This document shows positions 38,038 through 47,237 of a stretch of 64,000 nt of DNA, piece by piece. Source of the stretch: a virus; IMG/VR virus record IMGVR_UViG_3300045988_097913; one strand, given 5' to 3'. The notes beneath the pieces are model-generated. The model was not told the origin of the DNA and ran no database searches. It saw only the letters and a program-made list of their open reading frames with translations. The translations under genes and the position numbers were made by a program. Positions within the stretch are counted from its first letter, which is position 1. Every line of letters starts with the position of its first letter.

Positions 38038-38551
38038 TCTTATCTAATAACTTTGCTACATCATAGCTATAATATTTTTTCTTTAATTTTTTATCTATTT
38101 GAACAGCACCATACGCAATACAGTCCTGAATATTTATTGAAACCTTAGTTGATTCTTTTTTAAATTTATTGAAATCTTTGATACTCAAGAAATAAGTTCC
38201 ATCATTTCTAAAGTCTAACACAAAACCACATATACAATTACAATACTTATTATACTCAGTAAGAGCTTGAATTTGATGCCAATGGATTTCTCGTTTAGTA
38301 GGATTTTCTTTCGTTGGTTTCTCACGTTCGAAAGAAAAGCTCTTCTTGTCTGTTGATTTTAGTTCCAGACAATACATACAAGGAGTTTTGAACAAGATAA
38401 AGTCAAACAGAGATTTCATAGAAAATCTTGTTGACCTACTATCTTGTCCAAAACCACTTGCGCTATCATGCAGTCTAATTACTGCCACATCTTTAGGAAT
38501 ACTCTCTTTGAACTTCTGTTCAAAAATCTTTCCAACATTCGTCAATATCAA
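38000..38551 (-). CDS. recU: RecU-like Holliday junction resolvase (PD-(D/E)XK)
   Basis: FEQKFKESI..., SLFDFILFK...LELKST (D...ExK) and HWHQIQAL resemble RecU/PrfA. Confidence 0.55.
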   Translation of the reverse strand: MILTNVGKIFEQKFKESIPKDVAVIRLHDSASGFGQDSRSTRFSMKSLFDFILFKTPCMYCLELKSTDKKSFSFEREKPTKENPTKREIHWHQIQALTEYNKYCNCICGFVLDFRNDGTYFLSIKDFNKFKKESTKVSINIQDCIAYGAVQIDKKLKKKYYSYDVAKLLDKIGSDEIGKKNCI

Positions 38552-38942
38552 TCACCGGCTTCTCACCATTTTCAGTAAAGAAGTATTCATTACGATTACT
38601 CTTAACAACATTATTCAACATTAAATCCCAGTATGGAATCTCATGTGGAATAATGGTTCTTGACAGGTAATAGTTAATTGTGCTATACTTTTCAAGACGA
38701 TACATGGGGTCAGGCAGATTAAAACAATATTGTTCATAAACAATAATAAAGCGTAGCATGATATTCTTGTTAAATTGTAGATATTCTACAAGGGTATCGT
38801 CTGCGAATGTTAGCGTGAAACTATTTTCTTGATTATCAACACAATGATACAACGATTTTACATTAATCATTGTAGAATCAAATACACCAATTAGCCGCTC
38901 GTGTGTAACATCTTTAATATAAAGTTTGAAACATTTCTCCAT
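38520..38942 (-). CDS. hypothetical protein
   Basis: The likely start is ATG 38942 (MEKCFKLY). Confidence 0.45.
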   Translation of the reverse strand: MEKCFKLYIKDVTHERLIGVFDSTMINVKSLYHCVDNQENSFTLTFADDTLVEYLQFNKNIMLRFIIVYEQYCFNLPDPMYRLEKYSTINYYLSRTIIPHEIPYWDLMLNNVVKSNRNEYFFTENGEKPVIDIDECWKDF

Positions 38943-39124
38943 GTTTTTATCCCTTTCAATCCAAAAGTCTGTAAACAACCACAACCCACCCTTAAAATCC
39001 CCGTGTTTACAGCACTTTATTTAGCAATAAAATTTCACTTTCATGAACATACATCTAAAATAGAAAATGAGTTAAAAATCCATAAATATACAGATAAATA
39101 ACTCATTTTCAAACGTTCTATAAT

Positions 39125-39559
39125 TTAAAGCTTAATTTCATGTTTTGAATTTTCAGTACCAGTCTTCTTCTGGGTAGGGGTACGATTAGAAGTTTTAGAC
39201 TTCATTTCATTTAGTTCTGATACATATTTATTAATTTCTTTCATTTCATTGCACGGAACAACAAAATATCTAAAATCGTCCGGGGTACGAGTTACCCCAT
39301 CATGACAGTCAAACTTGCCAAGTTCTAGGTCATAACCAATAATATCAACAAAGATATCAGAGTTAGCAAGTTTACCTCTTAGTAAAGTCTTCATTTTTTC
39401 TCCTTCGATAATTACTGGTTGCAAGTTTCCATTGTTCATTATACTTTTGCGAAAGCAATCCTCAGAACAATAGGAGTTTTTATATGAGCCAACAGAAACA
39501 CAAGCCAGACAAACATAATATGAGCGTCCACAGTATGCACAAATTCTATTATGTTTCAT
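39125..39559 (-). CDS. zinc-ribbon protein
   Basis: CAYCG...CLAC...C..DC near the N-terminus. Confidence 0.5.
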   Translation of the reverse strand: MKHNRICAYCGRSYYVCLACVSVGSYKNSYCSEDCFRKSIMNNGNLQPVIIEGEKMKTLLRGKLANSDIFVDIIGYDLELGKFDCHDGVTRTPDDFRYFVVPCNEMKEINKYVSELNEMKSKTSNRTPTQKKTGTENSKHEIKL

Positions 39560-39573
39560 TTCTTACACCTGAT

Positions 39574-39903
39574 TTATTTGTTGAATGCGTCTCCGACCTT
39601 GCCCTTTTGGTTATCAAGTTCTTCAACAGCGCCCTCAATTAAGGCGTCAATAATAACGCTGTCTTTAATGCCAACATTATTAAGCATATCCTTTACCCAC
39701 TGTTTCTTAGTTTCTTTAGGAATTTGACTTGTGGACGCCATCTTTTCAGCTGCATTTACAAAATATTTTACAACATGATATAGACCAATCTGCTTTAGCC
39801 AAGGGGTAACAGCGGGGATGACAGACTTGCATAGATATGCAAAACAACCGGCAATAATAATACGAACTAAATTAACAATAATAGGAGTTAGAATTTCCAT
39901 CAT
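39574..39903 (-). CDS. holin (LL-H-like)
   Basis: N-terminal hydrophobic helix ILTPIIVNLVRIIIAGCFAYL and a C-terminal amphipathic IDALIEGAVEEL, as in LL-H family holins. Confidence 0.55.
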   Translation of the reverse strand: MMEILTPIIVNLVRIIIAGCFAYLCKSVIPAVTPWLKQIGLYHVVKYFVNAAEKMASTSQIPKETKKQWVKDMLNNVGIKDSVIIDALIEGAVEELDNQKGKVGDAFNK

Positions 39904-39930
39904 AATAATACATCCCTTTCTATACGTTAT

Positions 39931-41554
39931 TTACTGTATTGCTACTGTGTCGTGATGACCATCACCGTATGTAACTTTAAGTGTATTTTCACCAGACAAT
40001 TCAATTTTTGTGATATAAGTAGCAACTATTTGTTGACCATTAGAATCACGATTCGCTCTTTCTGCCATTGTATCGCTTCCGGTAATAATGGCAGTGTATT
40101 GAGCATTGTGTATTTCGCTTCCGGCATCGGATATTGATTTGTAACACTCTACAGAACTTCCCCTTGTATCTTCCGTAGTGTTGTCAACTTCTTCTGAATC
40201 AACAAGAATCCATGTTCTCTTAATAAAACCACGAGATTCAGACGCAAACGCTCTAATTGTGGTAGAAGCGTAGGAAGATTCAATCTTCACAAATACATCA
40301 GCGTAGGTTGCATTGATTGTATCATCAACTGCAATCTGAACAAAGTCTGTTGATAGATTATTTCTAGCAAGCCACTTTACTTCAACGCCAGACCTAGCAC
40401 CTGTGCCATTAGTTCTCATTGCGATTCTGCAAATACCAAAACCACCACCAAGATATCCCTGAGAAATATATAGTGTTGTTGACCAGTCTTTATAATTCTC
40501 AGAAGTTAAATCAATTCTTGCAATACGATGGTATGGATAATTATTCTGGTTTCCAACTTTTGCATTACATGAATAAAAACCAACGTCTGCTTTTGAATCG
40601 TCTGAACCATCATATTTATAATTTAACACAACATCTGTACCGCCAGATACAGTTCTTTCTTGTGACAATTTTGAAGCCGCTGTTGCTGTACTCGCATTTC
40701 CAATAAAACCGTTTCTGTTAATTAAGAAATGCTTGTCCTCTAGGTCAATACTTAGCTCATGAGAACCGGTTTTGCTATACATAACTACACCATTATCATG
40801 ACCGCCATCAAAATGGATTTTATTTTCTTGATATAGCATAACAGCTGTATCAGAAACGCCCAGATTATTATTCAACATAATGCAATCAGAAGCGGAAAGT
40901 GTTAATGTATTTTCTTCTGGGCTAAATATAGATACAAAACCATTATTACCACCTTCAAATTTAAGCATAGAGAACTTACCAGAGGTTGAATCTGGATTAG
41001 CTAATGTTAAACCGGTCTTGTCAATCCTAGCGACACCATTTATATCGTCGCCATCAACAACATTCCAAGAAAAAAGACCGCCATTTTCAACTGTAAAATC
41101 TTGGTATGGAGTTCCGTTCATATAACCAGAGCTAATGGCACTTGTCATCTCAGGGGCTCCGTTTTTTGTACTGTAAATTGTAAGTCCGCCATAAGGGGAA
41201 CCAGAACCATCTTCGTTTACAAGTTCGACAGATACATTATTGTGCTTATTTTCTAAAGATATATAGCTTGGATTTGCAACGAAATAGGTAGAGCCATTCG
41301 TGCTGAACTGTATATTTTTATCACTATAAATATCTAGGTTATTATTTGAGTTTTGACTAAATTTAGATACATTTGAATTTTTTTTGAGATACAATGAGCT
41401 ATCGTCTAATGTTGCATCACCTGTTAGAGTACCGCCAGATAAAGAAAGATACTCTTTTTGTGCATCAATTTTTCGGAGGTATAGAGAATCGGCAAGTTGA
41501 ACATATATTTTTGCCAAACCTACGTTTATTTTTTTTACTTAAATCGTAAGCCAT
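39931..41554 (-). CDS. tail fibre protein, frame broken at an A8 tract near the 5' end
   Basis: Fibre motif LSLSGGTLTGD. ATG 41554 with a strong RBS AAGGGGGA gives MAYDLSKK. The main frame (track start TTG 41517, no RBS) is reached only by dropping one A of A8 (41529-41536). Confidence 0.65.
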
Positions 41555-41616
41555 GTAATCCCCCTTTCTATAATATTGCTTATATTTTATTGTTTATATA
41601 TGTTTGTTTTTATGCC

Positions 41617-42208
41617 TTATAGTCCACGCATCCAGTTCTCGATAATGGTACTACGGTACTCATGCGCCCGCAGACCCGGATGGTCGTTATAGAGGGCAAG
41701 TTTAAAGGCGTCGTTGCGCAACTGCTTTGCCGTAGGGCTGACATTCGTGCGTCCCCGCAGCCGGATGCCGCAAGTCCATATCTTGTTTATACCGTTCGGG
41801 TTGATGCCTTCCCATGTGCAGTTCACAAACCGGATGTTTTTGCATCCCTCTAGCACCATGTTCGCGCCCTTCCAAAAAATCACGTTCCGAACTTCCAGAT
41901 TTTCAACGTTGTTGACGATAATCTCAAAGTACTTGTACTTTTTATTTCCACCGTCAACAACACAATTATCACGGCTTAGGGCTCTTATTAAAGCTTCCGT
42001 ATCATCTGTTTCGCCATCGCCAATAGCACCAAATTGTTGAGGGTAAATAATAGGAGTATTATCCCCCCCCATTATCTTCAATATCTTTTATTTTATTCTG
42101 TATTTCTTCAATGTTCGTACTATTTTCTGATATTCCTTGTTCAAAATGTGCTAGATGAGCTTGATTTAAAATCTGACCATTTTTAATATTTAATTTTTTA
42201 TAAGGCAA
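41617..42208 (-). CDS. tailspike-like protein with pectate-lyase-type motif, frame broken at a G8 tract
   Basis: TTG 42208 follows GCGAGGTGA and gives (M)PYKKLNIKNGQILNQAHLAHFEQGI...DNGGG-stop. The next frame continues GGDNTPIIYPQQFGAIGDGETDDTEAL (Pectate_lyase_3-type signature). Confidence 0.55.
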
Positions 42209-42235
42209 ATAGTTCACCTCGCATTTCAATAATAA

Positions 42236-42272
42236 TAAAAAATGTAGGTAACGCAAATACGTTACCTACATT
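42236..42272 (-). terminator. intrinsic terminator after the major tail gene
   Basis: Minus strand: AATGTAGGTAACG-TATTTG-CGTTACCTACATT followed by a T-run. Confidence 0.75.
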
Positions 42273-42285
42273 TAATCGCAAAGAA

Positions 42286-43140
42286 TTACTCCTCGTCAGT
42301 ATCAATAATAATAGAATACAGGTCGTCAGATTCACAACCAGCAACAAACTCCATAGAGATATTGTGTACTGCGGGGTCACCGTCAGCAGACAAATCCCAT
42401 GTCCAGTTGCCATCAATCTGAGCCATACCATGAACGATACAAGGATACAGGCTGCCGTCGCAAATATCTGCAACTAGACCATAGGCAGTTACTAGTGCGG
42501 TATCAGGCATTGTATTGGTCTTGATGTTAATACGCTGTGCCACTGCCTTAGACTTAATAGTATAAGCCATGGATAGCTTAGTACAGCCAAGGGTCTGAAC
42601 CATTGTAGTTACATCGGTTTCATCAAGAGTAATCTTAGCCTTTTTAATCTCGCTAGATGTAACTTCTGGGGTATAGCTAAACTTCCCAGAAGAAGTGGTG
42701 TCGTCCTCTGTTAGAACCTTTACATAGTCACCATCTTTTTGAGTACCATAAATAGTACCGATATACCGAGTTGCGCCAGTCTTTTTTACAGCGGGCAAAG
42801 TCAAATCATACACGGTAGTGCCTTCCTTTAGGTCAATCTGAACATACTTAGTATAAGTAGTTTCACCCATAACAACGTCAGTACCATTCTGTGCTGCAAG
42901 CACATCAGTATTCCAAGTTGCATTTTCAATATTAAAGGTGGCGTGCTTTGAGTGCCCAAAGCCACGACCGATATAGGAGTTACCCTTGCCGCCACTAGGG
43001 TACACCATCTCTTGTGTATTCTCAATACTAGAAGTCTTGCAATGCTTTAAATATCCGATAATGCTCTCATCAGATGGCTTCTGCATTAGAATCTCATACA
43101 CCTGTTGAATAACAAAGTTCTTAGGTGTTCCTTTTGCCAT
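42286..43140 (-). CDS. major tail protein
   Basis: 284 aa, higher GC than its neighbours. It follows the connector genes and is followed by a terminator. Assigned by position and composition. Confidence 0.55.
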   Translation of the reverse strand: MAKGTPKNFVIQQVYEILMQKPSDESIIGYLKHCKTSSIENTQEMVYPSGGKGNSYIGRGFGHSKHATFNIENATWNTDVLAAQNGTDVVMGETTYTKYVQIDLKEGTTVYDLTLPAVKKTGATRYIGTIYGTQKDGDYVKVLTEDDTTSSGKFSYTPEVTSSEIKKAKITLDETDVTTMVQTLGCTKLSMAYTIKSKAVAQRINIKTNTMPDTALVTAYGLVADICDGSLYPCIVHGMAQIDGNWTWDLSADGDPAVHNISMEFVAGCESDDLYSIIIDTDEE

Positions 43141-43161
43141 AACTATTTCCTCCTTAAATAA

Positions 43162-44046
43162 TTAACTTTCATTATTTATAATAGAAGACCAATGAATTTT
43201 ATTTATATCAATCGGGGTTTTCTTTGTGTCAATACACCCGGAGTGTAAAGCATCCATTGTATTTCTATAATTGTCAGCTTGAATATATCTGAAATACGAA
43301 TCATAAATCACATATATAGGTTTGCTGAAAAGTTCTTCGTATGAAAATATTTTAAAAGTTACGAGACAAGATAATATACATTGAAAATCTTCTTGTTCTT
43401 TATCTCTACTTTTATTTTTTCTTGCCTCGTATTCTCTTTCTTCGTAGTTTCTCTGTAAGATTACTTTTTTTGCTTTTTTGGTAGCACCTTTAAGAAATTC
43501 ATATTTAGGATGAATCCAATTTATATCTCTTAAATATTCTACCAATATATGATAAGTCTGTTCGTTAAATTTAACAGAATCAGACTCTATATATAACTTA
43601 TCATTTTCACATTTAACGCTCAAAAGGAATATTTGTGTGTTTTCTCCAATGGTTCTACCTAATACAATCCACTTACCGTCCAAATTTAGAAAGTAATTAA
43701 GCGCATTAGACATATCATTATTGATAACAATACACTCTTCGTCATTTTCTGAGACAAGTTCACCATCTCTAATAAAAACATTGTTTGATGTACTATCTGA
43801 TAGGCATTCTTGAATAAAAAAATCATATTCAGACTTAATATCTTCGTACCATATTTTATTTTCAACCCATAAAATATCAGCAATATCTTTCGACTGTGTG
43901 ATAATGAGAGTCAGATTTTTCATATATTCACTATAAACATCTTTTTCCCCAACGTCGCTAAATAATTTATTAACTTTTGGGTGTTCTACATATACGTTTT
44001 CTGCTAATTTTAGCGGTCTCCCGCTATACAACTGTAAAGCGTTCAA
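43162..44046 (-). CDS. hypothetical head-tail/neck protein
   Basis: 294-aa ORF in the connector region. Confidence 0.45.
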   Translation of the reverse strand: MNALQLYSGRPLKLAENVYVEHPKVNKLFSDVGEKDVYSEYMKNLTLIITQSKDIADILWVENKIWYEDIKSEYDFFIQECLSDSTSNNVFIRDGELVSENDEECIVINNDMSNALNYFLNLDGKWIVLGRTIGENTQIFLLSVKCENDKLYIESDSVKFNEQTYHILVEYLRDINWIHPKYEFLKGATKKAKKVILQRNYEEREYEARKNKSRDKEQEDFQCILSCLVTFKIFSYEELFSKPIYVIYDSYFRYIQADNYRNTMDALHSGCIDTKKTPIDINKIHWSSIINNES

Positions 44047-44657
44047 TTTTTTAGAATAAATTTAGGTAGTAGATTTGTAGAACCACCATCACAACCAATT
44101 GTGCTGTTTAGTGTTAGTTGATATTGAAGCTGCAAACCATTAAAATAACCATTATAATAACGACGTTGAAATCCTATCAGGCTCATACGTCCGGGAGAAA
44201 AGTCTTCCAACCTTTTGTCATTAATGATTGCATCAATTTCATGCACGATATCGTAAAGACGATAAGCTATCGGATAGTCGGGATTATCAGACAGAATAAC
44301 ACTTTGTTCATCGTGAACTACCACATCAACACACACAATAACTTTTTTATACTGCGCAACTTCTGTGGTGTAACCACCATTAAGTGTTACAGTTAAATAT
44401 GTTTTTTGGTCTAATTTTGCGTCAGGAATATGCTCTAATGGATAAATATGAACGTCTGTGCATTTATCTAGGTCTTGCCCCATATAAACAAGATTATTTA
44501 CACCACCAATTCTCTCTATTTCTTCTTCGAAAGAAGTATCAAGATACGGTGATTTATTCCTTTTATAACAGGTTAAAAGCCTAACTAAACGCTCACTTCT
44601 TAGAAGTCTGTTATAAATAACTGCAAATACAATAGGACTAAGTTCTTCGTAATACAA
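44043..44657 (-). CDS. hypothetical head-tail joining protein
   Basis: 204 aa, ATGA-coupled to its neighbour. Confidence 0.45.
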   Translation of the reverse strand: MYYEELSPIVFAVIYNRLLRSERLVRLLTCYKRNKSPYLDTSFEEEIERIGGVNNLVYMGQDLDKCTDVHIYPLEHIPDAKLDQKTYLTVTLNGGYTTEVAQYKKVIVCVDVVVHDEQSVILSDNPDYPIAYRLYDIVHEIDAIINDKRLEDFSPGRMSLIGFQRRYYNGYFNGLQLQYQLTLNSTIGCDGGSTNLLPKFILKN

Positions 44658-45659
44658 TTAAATAACACCTCCTAATTTAATCTCAAATGTTTTTACTAGC
44701 ATACCATCTTGATAACAATCAACAATAAGGGGATTGTTGCTTTTATGATAGTTTTTAATTTTAAAGCTATTATTGGTAAATGTGAATGAATAATAATCTT
44801 CTGAAACTGTTTTATCTTTGTTACATTTAAACGTATAGTTGTTCTCATCGAAAACAAACGTTTTAGAGCCATTCAAAAGAATAGTAAATTCTTCTGGCTC
44901 TTTTAGCTCTTTATCATCATTAGCCAAATCGTTCTTCGGATTGTCTGCCACATTGTAATTTTCAAAGTCTGCATAGAATTTTAACAAGCCCGGATTATCT
45001 TGAAATGTGTTCATATTTAAGAAATTGACAAATTGTCTAATCTTATATGTTACACCATTTAACATAAAACGAGTATTAATTCTATACTGGCTTGTCCAAT
45101 CATTATACTGGCAAACAACTTCAATTTTGTCTTTGGCTACATCAATAACTTCTGATGTAGAAATCTGGTCTTCAACAATTTTGTATTCGATATAGCATGG
45201 TTCACAATGAATTGTTTTTTCGTCCTCTGCTAGAGTATTAATCGTATTATTACAACGTCTAACATAAACACTGGATGAACTCTTGCGAATATTATCACGC
45301 GAATATATAATCCAGATATTATCGTCGAAGAAATACCTTTGTCCTAGCTTTGGTCTATAATCCAAATCTTTATAAATTAATTTCTTATAGTCATCGTTTA
45401 CACGCTGACCGGTTTTAGCATCAACGAGTGATGTAATACGGATATCTATTTTATTAAATAGTTCTTCTCTTTTTTCTTCATTAGTTATAATTGTCTCAAG
45501 ACCATCTGAGCCAAACTCTTTCTCTTCCCATACATCGTCCCACCAAGTAGACGCATTCTCAAAGACTTTATCAACCGTGTCTTGAAGTTGGTTTCTCCAT
45601 CTTTGAGCAGGGTGTTTATTAACATTCATAAAAGTATCATAGTATGACATATATATCAC
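44658..45659 (-). CDS. hypothetical structural protein
   Basis: 333-aa ORF in the connector region. Confidence 0.45.
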   Translation of the reverse strand: MIYMSYYDTFMNVNKHPAQRWRNQLQDTVDKVFENASTWWDDVWEEKEFGSDGLETIITNEEKREELFNKIDIRITSLVDAKTGQRVNDDYKKLIYKDLDYRPKLGQRYFFDDNIWIIYSRDNIRKSSSSVYVRRCNNTINTLAEDEKTIHCEPCYIEYKIVEDQISTSEVIDVAKDKIEVVCQYNDWTSQYRINTRFMLNGVTYKIRQFVNFLNMNTFQDNPGLLKFYADFENYNVADNPKNDLANDDKELKEPEEFTILLNGSKTFVFDENNYTFKCNKDKTVSEDYYSFTFTNNSFKIKNYHKSNNPLIVDCYQDGMLVKTFEIKLGGVI

Positions 45660-45958
45660 CTAGCCTTTTTGACCAGAGAGATACAATGGAACACTAGTCG
45701 TTTAACCTCTGAATGTTCAATGGGTACTTGCGAACCCTCAAGAATACTAACAACAGAAAGGAAATTTACAATACCGAACATATTGTATAACCCGTTAAAT
45801 TCTCTTGTTAATCTCTTAATGTAAGCAGTATACCCAGAATAATCATTTATAGCTTCACAATCCTCAAAAATTCCAAGAATTGCAAATAATTTATTAATTA
45901 CAGATTGTTTATACTCTTGAATTTCTTTGTCAGAAAAATTAATCCCATTAAAGTCCAT
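45656..45958 (-). CDS. hypothetical protein
   Basis: The likely start is ATG 45958 (MDFNGINF). Confidence 0.45.
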   Translation of the reverse strand: MDFNGINFSDKEIQEYKQSVINKLFAILGIFEDCEAINDYSGYTAYIKRLTREFNGLYNMFGIVNFLSVVSILEGSQVPIEHSEVKRLVFHCISLVKKAR

Positions 45959-46499
45959 AGTTTCCCACCGCCCACTCAGCAAATGGGGTATTCTTTAAAC
46001 CATAGTTTATAATTTTCTGATTTGTCTTTTCTCTCCATCTATCTGCATAATTTGCTTTCTCTTTCAAATTATTAGAAGCGGATTCACGCTTAAAGTCAGT
46101 ATCTTGCAAACCACCAAGTTGAGTAGTGTCAGAAATTATAAAATCAAGCCAACATTGAACCATTAAATCTGAAAGAATAGTCTTTTCTGTTAATGTCAAT
46201 GTGTCGTTAAATTCATATTCTCCTAATTCATTTTGATGATATTGTTCAATATCTTTCTGACAATTTATAAAAAGCGGAATAGCTCTTAATAGAAAATACA
46301 TAAGCAAATCATCTGCTGCTTCTGGATTATCATTAAATAGTCGTTTCAACTCGTAATCCTGTAATGAAATCAGAAATAATTTATAAATCTCGTTAAAATT
46401 TGTACCAGAAGGTTGTGTTTGCTCTGGTGGAGCGTCTGGTTCTTCAACAGGCTTATCTTCTATTTCATCATCAAACAGATTAATATTGTTCAATCCCAT
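45948..46499 (-). CDS. hypothetical head-tail connector protein
   Basis: 183 aa, downstream of the capsid genes. Confidence 0.45.
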   Translation of the reverse strand: MGLNNINLFDDEIEDKPVEEPDAPPEQTQPSGTNFNEIYKLFLISLQDYELKRLFNDNPEAADDLLMYFLLRAIPLFINCQKDIEQYHQNELGEYEFNDTLTLTEKTILSDLMVQCWLDFIISDTTQLGGLQDTDFKRESASNNLKEKANYADRWREKTNQKIINYGLKNTPFAEWAVGNYGL

Positions 46500-46525
46500 T
46501 CACCGCCTTTCTTATTTAAAATAAT

Positions 46526-47155
46526 TTAAGCAAGTGAGCGAATAGACTCTGCACGCTTACTAATATCTACGGAACACAGCTTATTAATCAAATTAACCTT
46601 GTTATAGTCTACGTTCTTGCCATCAACAATCTGATGAGCAACACGATTTGCTACTAGGCTTTTCTGATAATCACTTGCGTTCTCAATTAAGGTTTTTACC
46701 TTGTCATCGGAATAACTGCAAATATTTTCAATATCCTTATACTTAATAATATTGTTATAAGCATAAGTCATACCGAGAAAATAAACAGCACTTGCATCCT
46801 CAATTTCAAAGTATCCTTCTTCCGCAAACTTGTGATTTATATTCACAATTTGAATCAAGTCACGATATAACACACGATTTTCGTCACCGTACTTATTAAA
46901 AGTAACAAAGCGTCTATCCCCATAAGCAAGATTAAGAGTCCCATTAAACAGACTGCGAATACGAATGCTCTTTCCGTCCTCTGGTTCTGTATAATCTTCT
47001 TCGGATGGGTTATCCTCGTGTGCAACTGCAACAGATTCATTTTGAGCAGAGGAAGTAGAAAAACCGCGTAGTGTAGCAAGAATCTGACCAAGCGTACCCT
47101 GCATTTCTGACATACCTTTTTCAAGGTTTTCAATTCTCTGTGTATTGGTTGCCAT
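46526..47155 (-). CDS. hypothetical protein
   Basis: 209-aa ORF after the capsid terminator. Confidence 0.5.
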   Translation of the reverse strand: MATNTQRIENLEKGMSEMQGTLGQILATLRGFSTSSAQNESVAVAHEDNPSEEDYTEPEDGKSIRIRSLFNGTLNLAYGDRRFVTFNKYGDENRVLYRDLIQIVNINHKFAEEGYFEIEDASAVYFLGMTYAYNNIIKYKDIENICSYSDDKVKTLIENASDYQKSLVANRVAHQIVDGKNVDYNKVNLINKLCSVDISKRAESIRSLA

Positions 47156-47189
47156 TTTATACCCCTTTCAATCCTTATGAATAATATAT

Positions 47190-47213
47190 ACCCTACTCCC
47201 AAAAGAGTAGGGT
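47190..47213 (-). terminator. hairpin/attenuator after the capsid gene
   Basis: ACCCTACTC-(6 nt)-GAGTAGGGT immediately downstream of the capsid stop. The T-run is weak. Confidence 0.45.
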
Positions 47214-47237
47214 AATTATTCAAAATTTAACAATCAA

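Noticed and set aside
42209-42256. N-terminal extension MRYLHFLLLLKCEVNY of ORF 42059..42256.
   Set aside because: It is translated from the terminator hairpin after the major tail gene. TTG 42208 with the GCGAGGTGA RBS is the plausible start.
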